The notes: generated from the letters alone by a model not told the origin. 58,497 nt of DNA from Pseudomonadota bacterium (GCA_043818055.1 JBDRGF010000002.1:1-58497), one strand, 5' to 3'; positions 1 to 9,721 are shown, counted from the stretch's first letter. A program made the numbers and translations.

Positions 1-132
1 ACTGCTGCTGCCTTCTTTTGTCGCATTCGCGGTTACATTTCTACTGCTAGAAAAAATGGATTAGGTGCGCTCGAAGCCATTCAACTCGCTTTTGCCGAAA
101 CTCCTTTTACCCCTCCTCAAACTGCCAGCTGA
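1..132 (+). CDS. IS66-family (ISBst12 group) transposase, 3' end (partial, runs off window)
   Basis: Frame +1 reads TAAAFFCRIRGYISTARKNGLGALEAIQLAFAETPFTPPQTAS*, matching the FCRIRxYISTARKxG...AF...PF C-terminus of ISBst12-type IS66 transposases; not in the ORF track. Confidence 0.85.
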   Translation, partial: TAAAFFCRIRGYISTARKNGLGALEAIQLAFAETPFTPPQTAS

Positions 133-140
133 ATGGTTAC
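1..140 (+). mobile_element. Right end of IS66-family insertion sequence; IRR gctgaatggttac at 128-140
   Basis: Transposase stop overlaps GCTGAATGGTTAC (reverse complement GTAACCATTCAGC, typical IS66 GTAA terminus); expected 8-bp TSD would be aatataaa (141-148). Confidence 0.8.
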
Positions 141-1091
141 AATATAAATACCAATTCCTTTGTCATCCTCCACAACATCACAGTAAACCAATCTAAAAAA
201 GGTATCGAACTCAACTGTCGAAATGGATGCATGGTTGCAAATTCAACACTGACAGGAGTTCCAGCTAACGGGAAGGATGTTTCAAGGGGACTCGATATTC
301 AAGCCATAAGCAAAGATGTGACTATAATAAAAGCAACTATCACAAACTTCGACATCGGTATCGATGCTCAAGGCGAAAACATCATTGTCGAAGAAAGCAG
401 CATCACTAAAAACAAAATGTACGGCATTCGTGCTGATTCGAAGGTCAAAAACCTTTCAATGTCGAAGATGATTTCCCTCTCAGAAAATGGAGATGGAATA
501 GAAGCCTCGGACGCCTTTATGCTCGAAGAGGGTGCGAACTCTGGAATTAAATTGATCGATGCTGATCAGAAAAAAGCAACATTTTATATTCCTATGAATT
601 CGGAAAAAGATCAAAGTGTAAAATTTATCGATTTTTACGAACCTACGAAGCAGGATAAAGTACAACCACAAAAATTTCTTTTGAAAAGGCATATCAAACC
701 AACCGAATTCACCAAAAAAGATGACTCAATTACGATCACCGATCCTGCTCTTCGTGGCAAATACATCATGGTCACATGCGGCAACACAATCTCCACCAAA
801 GCCCTTTGGGTTCAGGACGAAGTCATCATCGCAACCATTCCTCAGACAGAGCTTCCATCGGGTGGTGCTGGTATGACAGGAGACCCTGCTTCTCCGGAGA
901 GTCAGGAGGGAGATAGAAGTTTTGGCGGAGGTTCGGAATTTGCTTTCGCTGGAGGTAAAGCAGGATGCTCGCTGATGATGATTTCGACTCAAAAAAGCAG
1001 CACCACATTCTTTCAACTATTGTTTCTTATAATCCCAGCGCTGATTTTGATTTGCTGTCGTATTAAGATCCTTCGCCAAAGCTCAGAATGA
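141..1091 (+). pseudogene. 3' remnant of a right-handed beta-helix surface protein with C-terminal sorting signal, interrupted by IS66
   Basis: Frame of ORF 231..1091 stays open and protein-like (NINTNSFVILHNITVNQSKKGIELNC) up to the IS junction; beta-helix-like repeats (ITNFDIGIDAQG, ITKNKMYGIRA); ends GGKAGCSL + TM helix + basic tail; no RBS or signal peptide at 231. Confidence 0.7.
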
Positions 1092-1148
1092 CAACAAAAA
1101 TAATTTCGATACAACCTCTTAAAAAAAGGGGGGGGCGTAGCGGCAACA

Positions 1149-4100
1149 TCACCCTGAAATCTTACGAAGCTCTTTTAAAAAGTATGGATTGTTGTCTGCG
1201 TATTTTTTTAAAGCAGGTAACAAAAGGAGAGCTTCATCCTTCTTTTTTTCACGGACAAGAACTTTGTATTTAAGCAGGTTGTTGATGAATCTATAGTCGT
1301 CTGGGATTGTGGGGAATCTTGTCAGCATCGAATCCACTTCGCTTAACTCGAATTTTGAAGTGCCCGGTTTTTTGAGGTAAAGCGATGCCTCAGCCAATCC
1401 TTGTTTTGCACGCACCCGGATTAAATTGTCATTTTCGTGTTCCAATACTGCTTCGAAATATTTTGGAGATTTTTTCCATTCCTGCATTTCGTTATAGCAA
1501 TTGCCGATAGTCGTCCATACAAAGTCAGTGATTTCATCATGCTCTTTTTTATCGCTGAGGCAGGTTGCGGCCATAAGACAATGTTGATTTTCTTCGATCG
1601 ATTTATCGTATTTTTTCCAGTCGAAGTAGCAGCCAGCCAGAATTCTATGAGCATGCACCAACCAGCGGTCATGGCTGATCTTCTTCGCAAGGGCAAGAGC
1701 CCTTGTTGCGTATTTAATAGACTGTGAGAACTTGCGGGTTAATCTTAAACATTCGGCAAGTTCCAGATTGGCCAGCATTATTTTTATTACATTCTTGCCG
1801 GCTTCGCATTTTTTCAACTCATGTTTTATTTCGTCGATGGCTTCAGCTGTTTTACCCATCGCCAATAGGACATATCCAAGTTCGTTATTGGTCGTCAGTG
1901 AAAGATTGGTCTTTTTTACCTTTCTTTCAAATTTTTTGCTCTTCAAATACAACTTTTTAGCCTGTAGTAGGGTTCTTTTGTCTTCCAACCTTCGTTTGAA
2001 ATTTATTTTACCTTCGCTATTCAGAAAATAGATGTAATAGGAAATAAATTTTGCAGGTTCCGCGATTTTATATCCTATTGAGATGATATCCATCGCTTTA
2101 TCAAATTCTTTGAGTTCGATGAACGATGGCAATACTGAAGCGAAGAGGTGCAATTTTAAAATCGGTGGAATTTTATAACCGTAATTTAACATTTTCCAGG
2201 TTTTGTCATAAAGATCAGTTGCTCTTGGAAATTTGCCAGCATAGTACCATGTGTGGATTAAAAGGGAATGATTGTATATTCTGAAAGATAGCATTTCAGG
2301 GGAAATTCTGTTTAAAGCATTGGCTAGTAAATCTTGTGCCAAATGGATGTTTCCATCGAGGATGAGTCTTTTTGATAATCTTACGAGGCTTGAAATGGCG
2401 TTTGCTTTGGAACTGCTAAGGCCGTGATGAAAGAGCATGGCATTTTCATAATCAGTCAGTTTTTTTAGATGTTTAGCGATACTGTTGTGATAGTTGAATC
2501 TATCCTTTTCATCGAGCTTTTTGTAGATCAGCTCAGGCATATATGGGTTGACGAAGGTAAAGTTGTTCCCTTCTTCCGATTGGGTAAATATCTCCTTTCT
2601 GCATAAGCTGTGAATATGCTGATTTAGTGATGTAGTTGGAAAAAATTGTTGCAGGTCATCAATCGTCAAGGGAGGTGAGATCCATTTGTAATACCATGCC
2701 GAGATGAAATCCGCTAAGAGTTTTTCGTTTGGTGAGAGGTCGTTGTACAATTTTAGAATGCGGTTTTTTGTTGATTTTGGAATTGCCTGTTGAACTTTAG
2801 ATGTGACTGTTTCAGCCAGATGTACGTTGCCATCCAGATCGAACAGCAAACCTTTGCTGTCAAGCTCTACCAGATGCTCGTAAATCTCCTTTGGAATTCC
2901 GTTTGTCTGACGCGACAGCCCGACTATCCAATCTCTGGAAATTTTCTTGTTTCTGAATGCTATGGTGGATTTTAGATATGCTTGTATGTCTTTCTCTGTA
3001 AACGGTTTGAGCTCTATCGTTTTTTGTGGAATATGTCTGATGGAAGGGATTGTGTCTTTTGACGTGAAACAGAGCATGACTGGTTTAACTTTGCCAAATA
3101 GTTGTGGATTGGCAATCCTCTGCCTGATATTGTGAACGAAATTGAGAATCGTTTTATAAATTGCGTGTGTGCTTTTCAATTGATCCGTGTCATCGATGAG
3201 AAGGAGAAGAGGTAGCTTATTTTCTTCCAATGTCTTCGTGAGTTCGTTTGTCCAGAGAAGAGCCCAATCATCATCGACTGGAAATTTGATGGAATGTAGT
3301 GATATTTTTCCAGCTTCTTTTTCCGTCGATTTTCGTATCTCGCTAAGAAAATGAGTTTTGCCAAGGCCGCCTCTCCCCGTCACGTAGAAAATAGCCGTCT
3401 GCGGTTGTTTACCTCTCTTCAGCAGATTTAAACACTTGTTTATCTCTTTCATCTGGGCATCATGGCCGATGAGATGATCCGGTATCAGATATGAAGATTT
3501 GACCTCTGGATTTTCTTTGAAGTCATTAGGGCATCTCGTCTTTAGTGCGTTGATCACTGCCCGTGCGCTTCCATAGAAACGATCGTCAGGGTTTCTCTCT
3601 AATAATCTCATGACGATTGTGTCGAGATATTCCGGAATCTGTTCGATTTGTTCTCTTGGCCTCGGAGGATTTGTTTCCTCTTTTATGACCTTTTTGAGTT
3701 TTTGTATGTCTTTATCCCATCCGTGGCGGTCTAAAAACGGATGTTCGGAAACAAGACAATAATACATAAGCACTGCGGCTGAAAACAAATCGCTTGCAAC
3801 GCCGGTTTTTTGATCAGATGCCAATATGACTTCGGGAGCGATATACATCGGTGTGCCCGCCAACTTTTTCTTTTTATTTGATATTTCTGATGCAATGCCG
3901 AAATCGATGATCTTGACGACTGCTTTTCCATTTTCTTCATGCACGAGGACATTTTCCGGTTTGATGTCGCCATGAAGGAGATTGTTGTCATGTATGAATT
4001 GAAGACCTTCGAGCATCTGGATGAAGAAAGGTACCTTCTGGTCAGGGGACATGGAGGCTAATGCCCTGAATATGGTTTTTCCTTCTATGTATTCCGATGT

Positions 4101-4442
4101 AAAAAAATAATAGTCTTCGAAATGGTCGAATTGATAAACTTTAGCGATATTGGGATGATGAGCGCCTGTCAGTTGCTTTTGATATTCCATTTTGAAGCGA
4201 TTTGCGATGGATTCGTATCTGTCAGTAACTTTTTTCTCAACTTCCTCCTGCGAGAGTTCAGGTGGGAGTTGTGAGCTATATTTGTCTCCCAACATTTCTT
4301 TGTTCAGGAATTTTAGAGCGACTTTTCTTTTTGATTCAAGATCGGTGGCCAGATAAACTACACCCGAACCGCCGCTGCCGATTTTTTGTTCGATCCTATT
4401 GCGGCTGATAATGGTTCCTGGTGCTATTTCGTTAATATCCAT
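1149..4442 (-). CDS. Hanks-type Ser/Thr protein kinase fused to P-loop NTPase (STAND/AAA-like) and TPR repeats
   Basis: GSGGSG loop, VALK, HGDIKPEN, DFG, GTPMYIAPE; Walker A GRGGLGKT, Walker B LLLLIDD; C-terminal helical TPR-like region; start placed at ATG 4442 (MDINEI) to avoid overlap with the upstream gene. Confidence 0.9.
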   Translation of the reverse strand: MDINEIAPGTIISRNRIEQKIGSGGSGVVYLATDLESKRKVALKFLNKEMLGDKYSSQLPPELSQEEVEKKVTDRYESIANRFKMEYQKQLTGAHHPNIAKVYQFDHFEDYYFFTSEYIEGKTIFRALASMSPDQKVPFFIQMLEGLQFIHDNNLLHGDIKPENVLVHEENGKAVVKIIDFGIASEISNKKKKLAGTPMYIAPEVILASDQKTGVASDLFSAAVLMYYCLVSEHPFLDRHGWDKDIQKLKKVIKEETNPPRPREQIEQIPEYLDTIVMRLLERNPDDRFYGSARAVINALKTRCPNDFKENPEVKSSYLIPDHLIGHDAQMKEINKCLNLLKRGKQPQTAIFYVTGRGGLGKTHFLSEIRKSTEKEAGKISLHSIKFPVDDDWALLWTNELTKTLEENKLPLLLLIDDTDQLKSTHAIYKTILNFVHNIRQRIANPQLFGKVKPVMLCFTSKDTIPSIRHIPQKTIELKPFTEKDIQAYLKSTIAFRNKKISRDWIVGLSRQTNGIPKEIYEHLVELDSKGLLFDLDGNVHLAETVTSKVQQAIPKSTKNRILKLYNDLSPNEKLLADFISAWYYKWISPPLTIDDLQQFFPTTSLNQHIHSLCRKEIFTQSEEGNNFTFVNPYMPELIYKKLDEKDRFNYHNSIAKHLKKLTDYENAMLFHHGLSSSKANAISSLVRLSKRLILDGNIHLAQDLLANALNRISPEMLSFRIYNHSLLIHTWYYAGKFPRATDLYDKTWKMLNYGYKIPPILKLHLFASVLPSFIELKEFDKAMDIISIGYKIAEPAKFISYYIYFLNSEGKINFKRRLEDKRTLLQAKKLYLKSKKFERKVKKTNLSLTTNNELGYVLLAMGKTAEAIDEIKHELKKCEAGKNVIKIMLANLELAECLRLTRKFSQSIKYATRALALAKKISHDRWLVHAHRILAGCYFDWKKYDKSIEENQHCLMAATCLSDKKEHDEITDFVWTTIGNCYNEMQEWKKSPKYFEAVLEHENDNLIRVRAKQGLAEASLYLKKPGTSKFELSEVDSMLTRFPTIPDDYRFINNLLKYKVLVREKKKDEALLLLPALKKYADNNPYFLKELRKISG

Positions 4443-4470
4443 ATCGATAGCGAATGAAATATCATAATTT

Positions 4471-5535
4471 CTACGCTGTGCCAACTGTAAGTGTCCTGTC
4501 GCCAACAGGTTTTTTGTCCAGCGCCTCGGGGAACAGCTGTTTTATTTTTTCCCTGAATGCAGCAGCTGTTTTAAAAGGTCGATCGTTTGGATTTGGCTTT
4601 AGCTGTTGTACGATCAACTCCTCGAACATCTTTATGTTGTCGATCGTCAGCGGGTTGGCGATGCCTTCAAAGAGTTTGTGGTTCTGCTCGGAAGGCAGCA
4701 TCGGCACTGATTCGTTGAAAACTTTTTCCTTCAACTCAGCAGCGTTCTTTGCAGTTTTTCGGTGATTGAAAGGGAAGTTTCTGGCCATGCAGGCGTAGAT
4801 CAGGACTGCAAGCGAATAAAGGTCGGATGACTCTCCTATTTTCTCCTTCACCATCAGGATGACCTCGGGGGCTGCATATAAGGCGGTGCCGATGATGTTC
4901 TCGGGTATATTCATTTTATCGGCGGCAAAGCCATAGTCGGTGAGCTTGACGATAAAAACATCGCCTGCATAGACAAGTATGTGCTGCGATTTGATGTTCA
5001 GGTGCAGGATGCCCTTGCGATGCATGAACGAAAGCGCGTCCAGCACGGATAAGAATATCGACATCATATTTACCACGCTCATGCCTTCGGTGATCTGGTA
5101 AACAGGTTTGCCTTCGACATATTCGATGATGACAATCGGTTCCCCGGTTTTATTATCTTTTCCTACTTTCAGAACCTGAGCGATATTCGGGTGGGAGAAG
5201 CCAGCTACCTTCTTTCTGGAGTCGACAAAATTTTTCATCTTATCTTCATATTTTTTCGCGACTTCATTTTGATATGTATCGATTTTTTCTTCGGAGTAAG
5301 CGGAAAGACCATAGAAAGCCGTATATTTGGTCCTGTTGAGCTTTGATATGAGAACCTTTTCCCCGCTCTTTTGATCGATGGCCAGTGTTGATTCAGTCCA
5401 GGAACTTGGTTCCTCTTTTTCACCGAGCCTTCGAATGATATTGTAGTCCCTTGAAATGTCTTTGCTTGAATCTCCCGCTCCAGAATCTTTTTTTGCAGTT
5501 CTTCCGGCACTTTTTGTAGTCTTATCATGTGTCAT
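4471..5535 (-). CDS. Ser/Thr kinase-like protein, probable pseudokinase
   Basis: Kinase fold motifs HPNIAQV, GTALYAAPE, SDLYSL present, but catalytic loop is HLNIKSQH (no Asp), DFG is DYG and the Gly-rich loop is absent; RBS ggagg upstream. Confidence 0.85.
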   Translation of the reverse strand: MTHDKTTKSAGRTAKKDSGAGDSSKDISRDYNIIRRLGEKEEPSSWTESTLAIDQKSGEKVLISKLNRTKYTAFYGLSAYSEEKIDTYQNEVAKKYEDKMKNFVDSRKKVAGFSHPNIAQVLKVGKDNKTGEPIVIIEYVEGKPVYQITEGMSVVNMMSIFLSVLDALSFMHRKGILHLNIKSQHILVYAGDVFIVKLTDYGFAADKMNIPENIIGTALYAAPEVILMVKEKIGESSDLYSLAVLIYACMARNFPFNHRKTAKNAAELKEKVFNESVPMLPSEQNHKLFEGIANPLTIDNIKMFEELIVQQLKPNPNDRPFKTAAAFREKIKQLFPEALDKKPVGDRTLTVGTA

Positions 5536-5682
5536 GATTTTTCCTCCTCCATTATCTGATTTTCAGGCATTTTATACTAGCAAGCACGTACTGTCATCTG
5601 GAATTTAGGATGATGTTGTTTTTTTTCTTGGCCACAACTCATAATTGTAGTAGTTTTCGTTAATCTATTGAGGGGAGGGATT

Positions 5683-6558
5683 ATGAATAAGCCTGTCATT
5701 ACTCATTACGCTGCCACAGAACAGATGGAGAGAAAGGAAAATCAGGACTTCTTCTTTGCTGATCCCAAATCACTTTTGTATTTGGTTGCGGATGGAATGG
5801 GCGGCTATGAAGGAGGAGCTTTTGCCAGCCGGTTTGCATCGCATCTGACAGGTGAGATGGTAAAGTTGCTCGGCGCAATTACCGATCCCGACCCTGAAGA
5901 TACCATGCTTTCCGATGAAGAAAGACATTTTACGGATGATTACACAGCGCTTTTGCACTCTATTGTTCGCATGGTCAACAAGGAACTCAACGACGAGGGC
6001 AAAAGATTGGCTTATAAAGGGATGGGCACTACTCTGGTATTTATCTTTTTTAGAAAGAACAATGCATACATCCTCAATCTGGGAGATTCGCCCTGCTATC
6101 GGTACAGCGAGGGTTCTTTGGTACAGATAACACGATCTCATTCGAAAGTGGATGATATGGTCAGAGAAGGTGTTATTTCAAAAGAGGAAGCCATGGATCA
6201 CCCTGAAAGCAATATTGTGAGAATCTGGTTGGGCGGAAAGAAGGATGGAGCATGGGCGGATATCAATATAATTCCGATTTATAAGAATGACCGGTTTTTA
6301 TTGTGCACCGATGGTGTGAGCAAGATGCTCACAGATAAAAAGATCGAATCGTTTTTAAAGCTGAAGAAGCCGAAAGAGGCGATCGACGGAATACTTGATG
6401 CTGTTAAGAATGCCCCACATAAACATCGTTCCCATGGAAAAACCGTTTTAAAGGACAACGCTACAGCGATGATCGTAGATGTCGTAGGCATTCCTGAAAA
6501 AGATGTGGAAAAAGGTTTTTCAAGGAATGTGCAGGGAGATGATACGATACTTCCTTAG
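5683..6558 (+). CDS. PP2C/Stp1-family Ser/Thr phosphatase
   Basis: RKENQD, VADGMGG, GMGTT, NLGDS, LCTDG, DNAT motifs; RBS ggaggga before ATG 5683. Confidence 0.92.
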   Translation: MNKPVITHYAATEQMERKENQDFFFADPKSLLYLVADGMGGYEGGAFASRFASHLTGEMVKLLGAITDPDPEDTMLSDEERHFTDDYTALLHSIVRMVNKELNDEGKRLAYKGMGTTLVFIFFRKNNAYILNLGDSPCYRYSEGSLVQITRSHSKVDDMVREGVISKEEAMDHPESNIVRIWLGGKKDGAWADINIIPIYKNDRFLLCTDGVSKMLTDKKIESFLKLKKPKEAIDGILDAVKNAPHKHRSHGKTVLKDNATAMIVDVVGIPEKDVEKGFSRNVQGDDTILP

Positions 6559-6624
6559 AACCGGATTTCTAACTGTTCTTGTTAGAAATTCCACCTAAAA
6601 GCCTACAGCCTATCTACCTGGTTT

Positions 6625-6819
6625 TCATCTTCCCTTTACGATCTGATATTTCTGACGATAGTGTTTTTCCAGCGTCTTATTCCTCTTGTCATTTCTCATC
6701 TGCATCCTGTTTGCGAGTTCCTTTGGATCGGCTTTCATTTCCCTATGGTCATGGAAGTAGCGCGGCCCATGATGCATGCTCTTGTTTTGCCCTGTCGGGT
6801 TTACCCTGCCTTTTGACAT
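6625..6819 (-). CDS. small basic hypothetical protein (~64 aa)
   Basis: RBS-like aagggggt upstream of ATG 6819; Lys/Arg/His-rich; fills an otherwise empty intergenic space. Confidence 0.55.
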   Translation of the reverse strand: MSKGRVNPTGQNKSMHHGPRYFHDHREMKADPKELANRMQMRNDKRNKTLEKHYRQKYQIVKGR

Positions 6820-6995
6820 AAACACCCCCTTTTCATTATTTACAACGACAGATTATCTGCAACATTTTTGCCAATTTTTAAGGTGGTGAGTTCCTTGAGT
6901 CTTATTTCGATTTCTGAGGAGTTCTCTCCCCAAGAACCTCATTTGGTAATTACCAAAAACTTATAAATATTAGTTATTTAGGCTCTTGATCGCCA

Positions 6996-7011
6996 TGGCA
7001 TGGGATGTGCA
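6996..7011 (+). promoter_or_regulatory. putative sigma54 (-24/-12) promoter
   Basis: TGGCATGGGATGTGCA fits TGGCACG-N4-TTGC (GG-N10-GC), preceded by an AT-rich IHF-like tract at ~6955-6980. Confidence 0.55.
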
Positions 7012-7024
7012 ATCAATACATCTC

Positions 7025-7246
7025 ATGAAGAAAATGATAATTCAGTTGATGGTGATGATGGCGATAATAGGTACGGCATTTTTGGCGAATACTGCCTGCG
7101 CAGACTCGAATAAAGTCAAAAAAGAGTTAACTTTTAAGGAGTTGAGTGAAATCGTCATGAAACTAACAGAGACCCAGGAATTTGACAGTTTGAAATATTA
7201 TCTCAGACTCGATTTTACGGAGGTGAAACTCTCCCTGTATTTTTAA
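7025..7246 (+). CDS. small secreted hypothetical protein
   Basis: MKKMIIQLMVMMAIIGTAFLANTACA signal peptide; C-terminus VKLSLYF; followed by a terminator. Confidence 0.6.
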   Translation: MKKMIIQLMVMMAIIGTAFLANTACADSNKVKKELTFKELSEIVMKLTETQEFDSLKYYLRLDFTEVKLSLYF

Positions 7247-7281
7247 AACGAAAAAAAGAAAATAACTTCTTTCTCTATATA

Positions 7282-7308
7282 AAAATGGTCTCATAGTGAG
7301 GCCATTTT
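7282..7308. terminator. bidirectional intrinsic terminator
   Basis: aaaatggtctca-tag-tgaggccatttt hairpin between convergent genes. Confidence 0.7.
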
Positions 7309-7320
7309 CTTTATGAAAAA

Positions 7321-8634
7321 TTACAAATATTTTTTCAACACGGTCTTGAATGTCGGCTCTTCGATTTCTTCGATCTCATATGTCACCCGCATTGATGGCT
7401 TGTCGATTTCAATGACGCGCCGGATATCTATCGGACTCCCGACCAAAACAAGATCGCAATCCGTTGCCTTAATAGATTTTTCAAGATCTTCAAGCTGATC
7501 TTTATAATAGCCGAGCGCTGGGATAAGTTTTCCCAGTTGTGGATATTTTATGTACGCGTCTTTGATGGAGCCGATTGCATATGGCTTTGGATCGACTATC
7601 TCTTTGGCTCCGAATTCCTTTGCGGCCACTATTCCAGCGCCATAAGACATGCCGCCGTGTGTGAGTGTGGGACCATCTTCAATGACTAGTACCCTCTTTC
7701 CCTTCACCCCCTTGGGATCATCGACAGTAATTCTGGATGCCCCCTTTATAACTAAAGCTTTTGGATTGTAATGATGAATATTTTCCATGAGCATATCGAT
7801 TTGATCTCTCGACGCCTGTTGGTATTTGTTGATCACAAGGACATCCGCTGTGATGAAGTTGAGCTCTCCCGGATGATATTTTCTCTCATGTCCTGCGCGC
7901 AGAGGATCTAATACAGTGATGGAGAGATCGGGCTTTAAGAAGGAGCCGTCGTTGTTGCCGCCATCCCAGATGATGATATCTGCTTCCTCCTGGGCCTTCT
8001 CGGTGATCGCCTGATAATCGACGCCTGCATAAACTGTCAGACCGTGGTCGATATAAGGCTCGTACTCCTCTCTCTCCTCGATCGTGCACTCGTGTTTGTC
8101 GAGGTCATCATATGACGCGAATCTCTGGACGGCCTGTTTTTCAAGGTCTCCATAGGGCATAGGATGCCTTATCGCGACAACCTTTTTACCCGCGTCCTTC
8201 AATATCTGGACTATCTTTCTCGAAGTCTGACTTTTGCCACATCCGGTTCTGACAGCTGTGACAGATATCACAGGACACTTCGCTTTGATCTGAGTCATCT
8301 TCGGTGAGAGGAGAATGAAATTCGCTCCCGCGCTCATCACAAGGGAAGCCTGTTGTATCACAAACTCATGTGAGATGTCGCTGTACGAAAAAACAACGAG
8401 GTCTATATTAAATTTTTTGATCAGCTCTGTCAGATCTTTTTCAGGAAAGATAGGAATCCCCTCGGGATATCTTTTTCCTGATAAACTCGGGGGATATCTT
8501 CTGTCCTGGATATTTGGAATCTGGGTTGCAGTAAAACATTTAACATCATAATCAGGGCTGTTCTTAAAAAAGGTATTGAAATTGTGAAAATCACGACCTG
8601 CAGCACCCATTATAAGAACGCGTTGAACTGTCAT
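7321..8634 (-). CDS. cyclic 2,3-diphosphoglycerate synthetase-like P-loop protein (COG2403), probable arginine synthetase ArcE type
   Basis: N-terminal MGAAGRDFHNFN, AVRTGCGKSQ P-loop, RHPMPYG, TIEEREEYE, WDGGNND, EDGPTLTHGG motifs. Confidence 0.8.
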   Translation of the reverse strand: MTVQRVLIMGAAGRDFHNFNTFFKNSPDYDVKCFTATQIPNIQDRRYPPSLSGKRYPEGIPIFPEKDLTELIKKFNIDLVVFSYSDISHEFVIQQASLVMSAGANFILLSPKMTQIKAKCPVISVTAVRTGCGKSQTSRKIVQILKDAGKKVVAIRHPMPYGDLEKQAVQRFASYDDLDKHECTIEEREEYEPYIDHGLTVYAGVDYQAITEKAQEEADIIIWDGGNNDGSFLKPDLSITVLDPLRAGHERKYHPGELNFITADVLVINKYQQASRDQIDMLMENIHHYNPKALVIKGASRITVDDPKGVKGKRVLVIEDGPTLTHGGMSYGAGIVAAKEFGAKEIVDPKPYAIGSIKDAYIKYPQLGKLIPALGYYKDQLEDLEKSIKATDCDLVLVGSPIDIRRVIEIDKPSMRVTYEIEEIEEPTFKTVLKKYL

Positions 8635-8785
8635 AAAAAAATCCTCCTTAAGCGTACGGCGATTGCATCACATGGTTTGCAGCACGCCGTACTGAATTTG
8701 AATAGCAGACTAAACATAGAAGTCAAGTTGCTCAAATTTTAAACAACCGTTGACCAGACATGCAGGTTGATATAGCTAAGTTCAA

Positions 8786-9721
8786 ATGAATTCTATTATA
8801 CTAAGAGCCCCTGCGAAGGTTAATACTTTTTTGAAGGTCGTAGGCAGGCGCGATGATGGATACCATGAACTTGAGATGGTCATGGTTCCGCTATCTCTTC
8901 ATGATACTGTAATTTTAGAAAAGAGTTCAGGAGAGATCAGTTTTTCGCAGGAAGGGCTCTCCGATGAAGGAATGAAAGGTGAGAAAAATCTCTGTTCAAA
9001 AATTGCATCCCTTTTTAAACATGAATCGGGAACAACTTTTGGTGTAAAAATTCATCTAATAAAAAGAATTCCTTTGGCTGCGGGGTTAGGTGGTGGTTCG
9101 AGCGATGCGGCAAGTGTTCTCATGGGGTTGAATCTGCTTTGGGATGTGAAGTGGGATAGAGATAGGCTTTCTCAACTCGGATGCAGGCTTGGTGCTGATA
9201 TTCCATTTTTCTGTTATGGCAAACCCTCCTTCGTTCATGGTATCGGTGATAAAGTGGAGCCTGTGGAAAACTTTCCTAACCTTTCAATTTTACTTATAAA
9301 TCCCGGCATCAGCCTCTCTACACGCACGGTCTATGAAAACTTCGATTTACGGTTGACAGCGACAGATGGGGATGCTAGCGTCCGCCGGATTTGCGATCCT
9401 AATTTTGGGCGCGTTTTCAAAGGGTTAGAAGATGTTTGTTCATCTTTAACCAACGATTTAGAAAGTGTGGCTATAAAATTTTATCCCGAGATTCAGGAGA
9501 TAAAAGATTATCTCGTAAATTCAGGAGCCAAAGGGGTTATGATGTCAGGCAGCGGCTCTACGGTCTTTGGAATTTTTGATAACATGGAGGAGGTAAGTGC
9601 TGCAAATGAAGCGCTTCCTCGTCTTCATTGGACAGGTTATGCAGTGAAGTATGATCCATCATTAAATTTTTTGGGGGGAAATTATGGAGATCACAGAAGT
9701 GAAAGTTTTTCCAGTGAGTGA
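8786..9721 (+). CDS. ispE: 4-diphosphocytidyl-2-C-methyl-D-erythritol kinase
   Basis: APAKVN, DGYHEL, KRIPLAAGLGGGSSDAA, GADIPFF, MSGSGS motifs; conserved ispE-spoVG-prs context. Confidence 0.96.
   Translation: MNSIILRAPAKVNTFLKVVGRRDDGYHELEMVMVPLSLHDTVILEKSSGEISFSQEGLSDEGMKGEKNLCSKIASLFKHESGTTFGVKIHLIKRIPLAAGLGGGSSDAASVLMGLNLLWDVKWDRDRLSQLGCRLGADIPFFCYGKPSFVHGIGDKVEPVENFPNLSILLINPGISLSTRTVYENFDLRLTATDGDASVRRICDPNFGRVFKGLEDVCSSLTNDLESVAIKFYPEIQEIKDYLVNSGAKGVMMSGSGSTVFGIFDNMEEVSAANEALPRLHWTGYAVKYDPSLNFLGGNYGDHRSESFSSE
9353..9381 (+). promoter_or_regulatory. putative internal sigma70 promoter within ispE, for spoVG-tRNA-prs
   Basis: TTGACA (9353-9358), 17 bp spacer, TGc-TAGCGT extended -10. 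Confidence 0.45.

Noticed and set aside
4443..4505. ORF-track N-terminal extensions (kinase from 4505; similarly tolB from 23487, kbl from 32545, ompA from 51703)
   Set aside because: They overlap neighbouring genes or repeats; downstream ATGs fit the RBS and/or domain boundaries better
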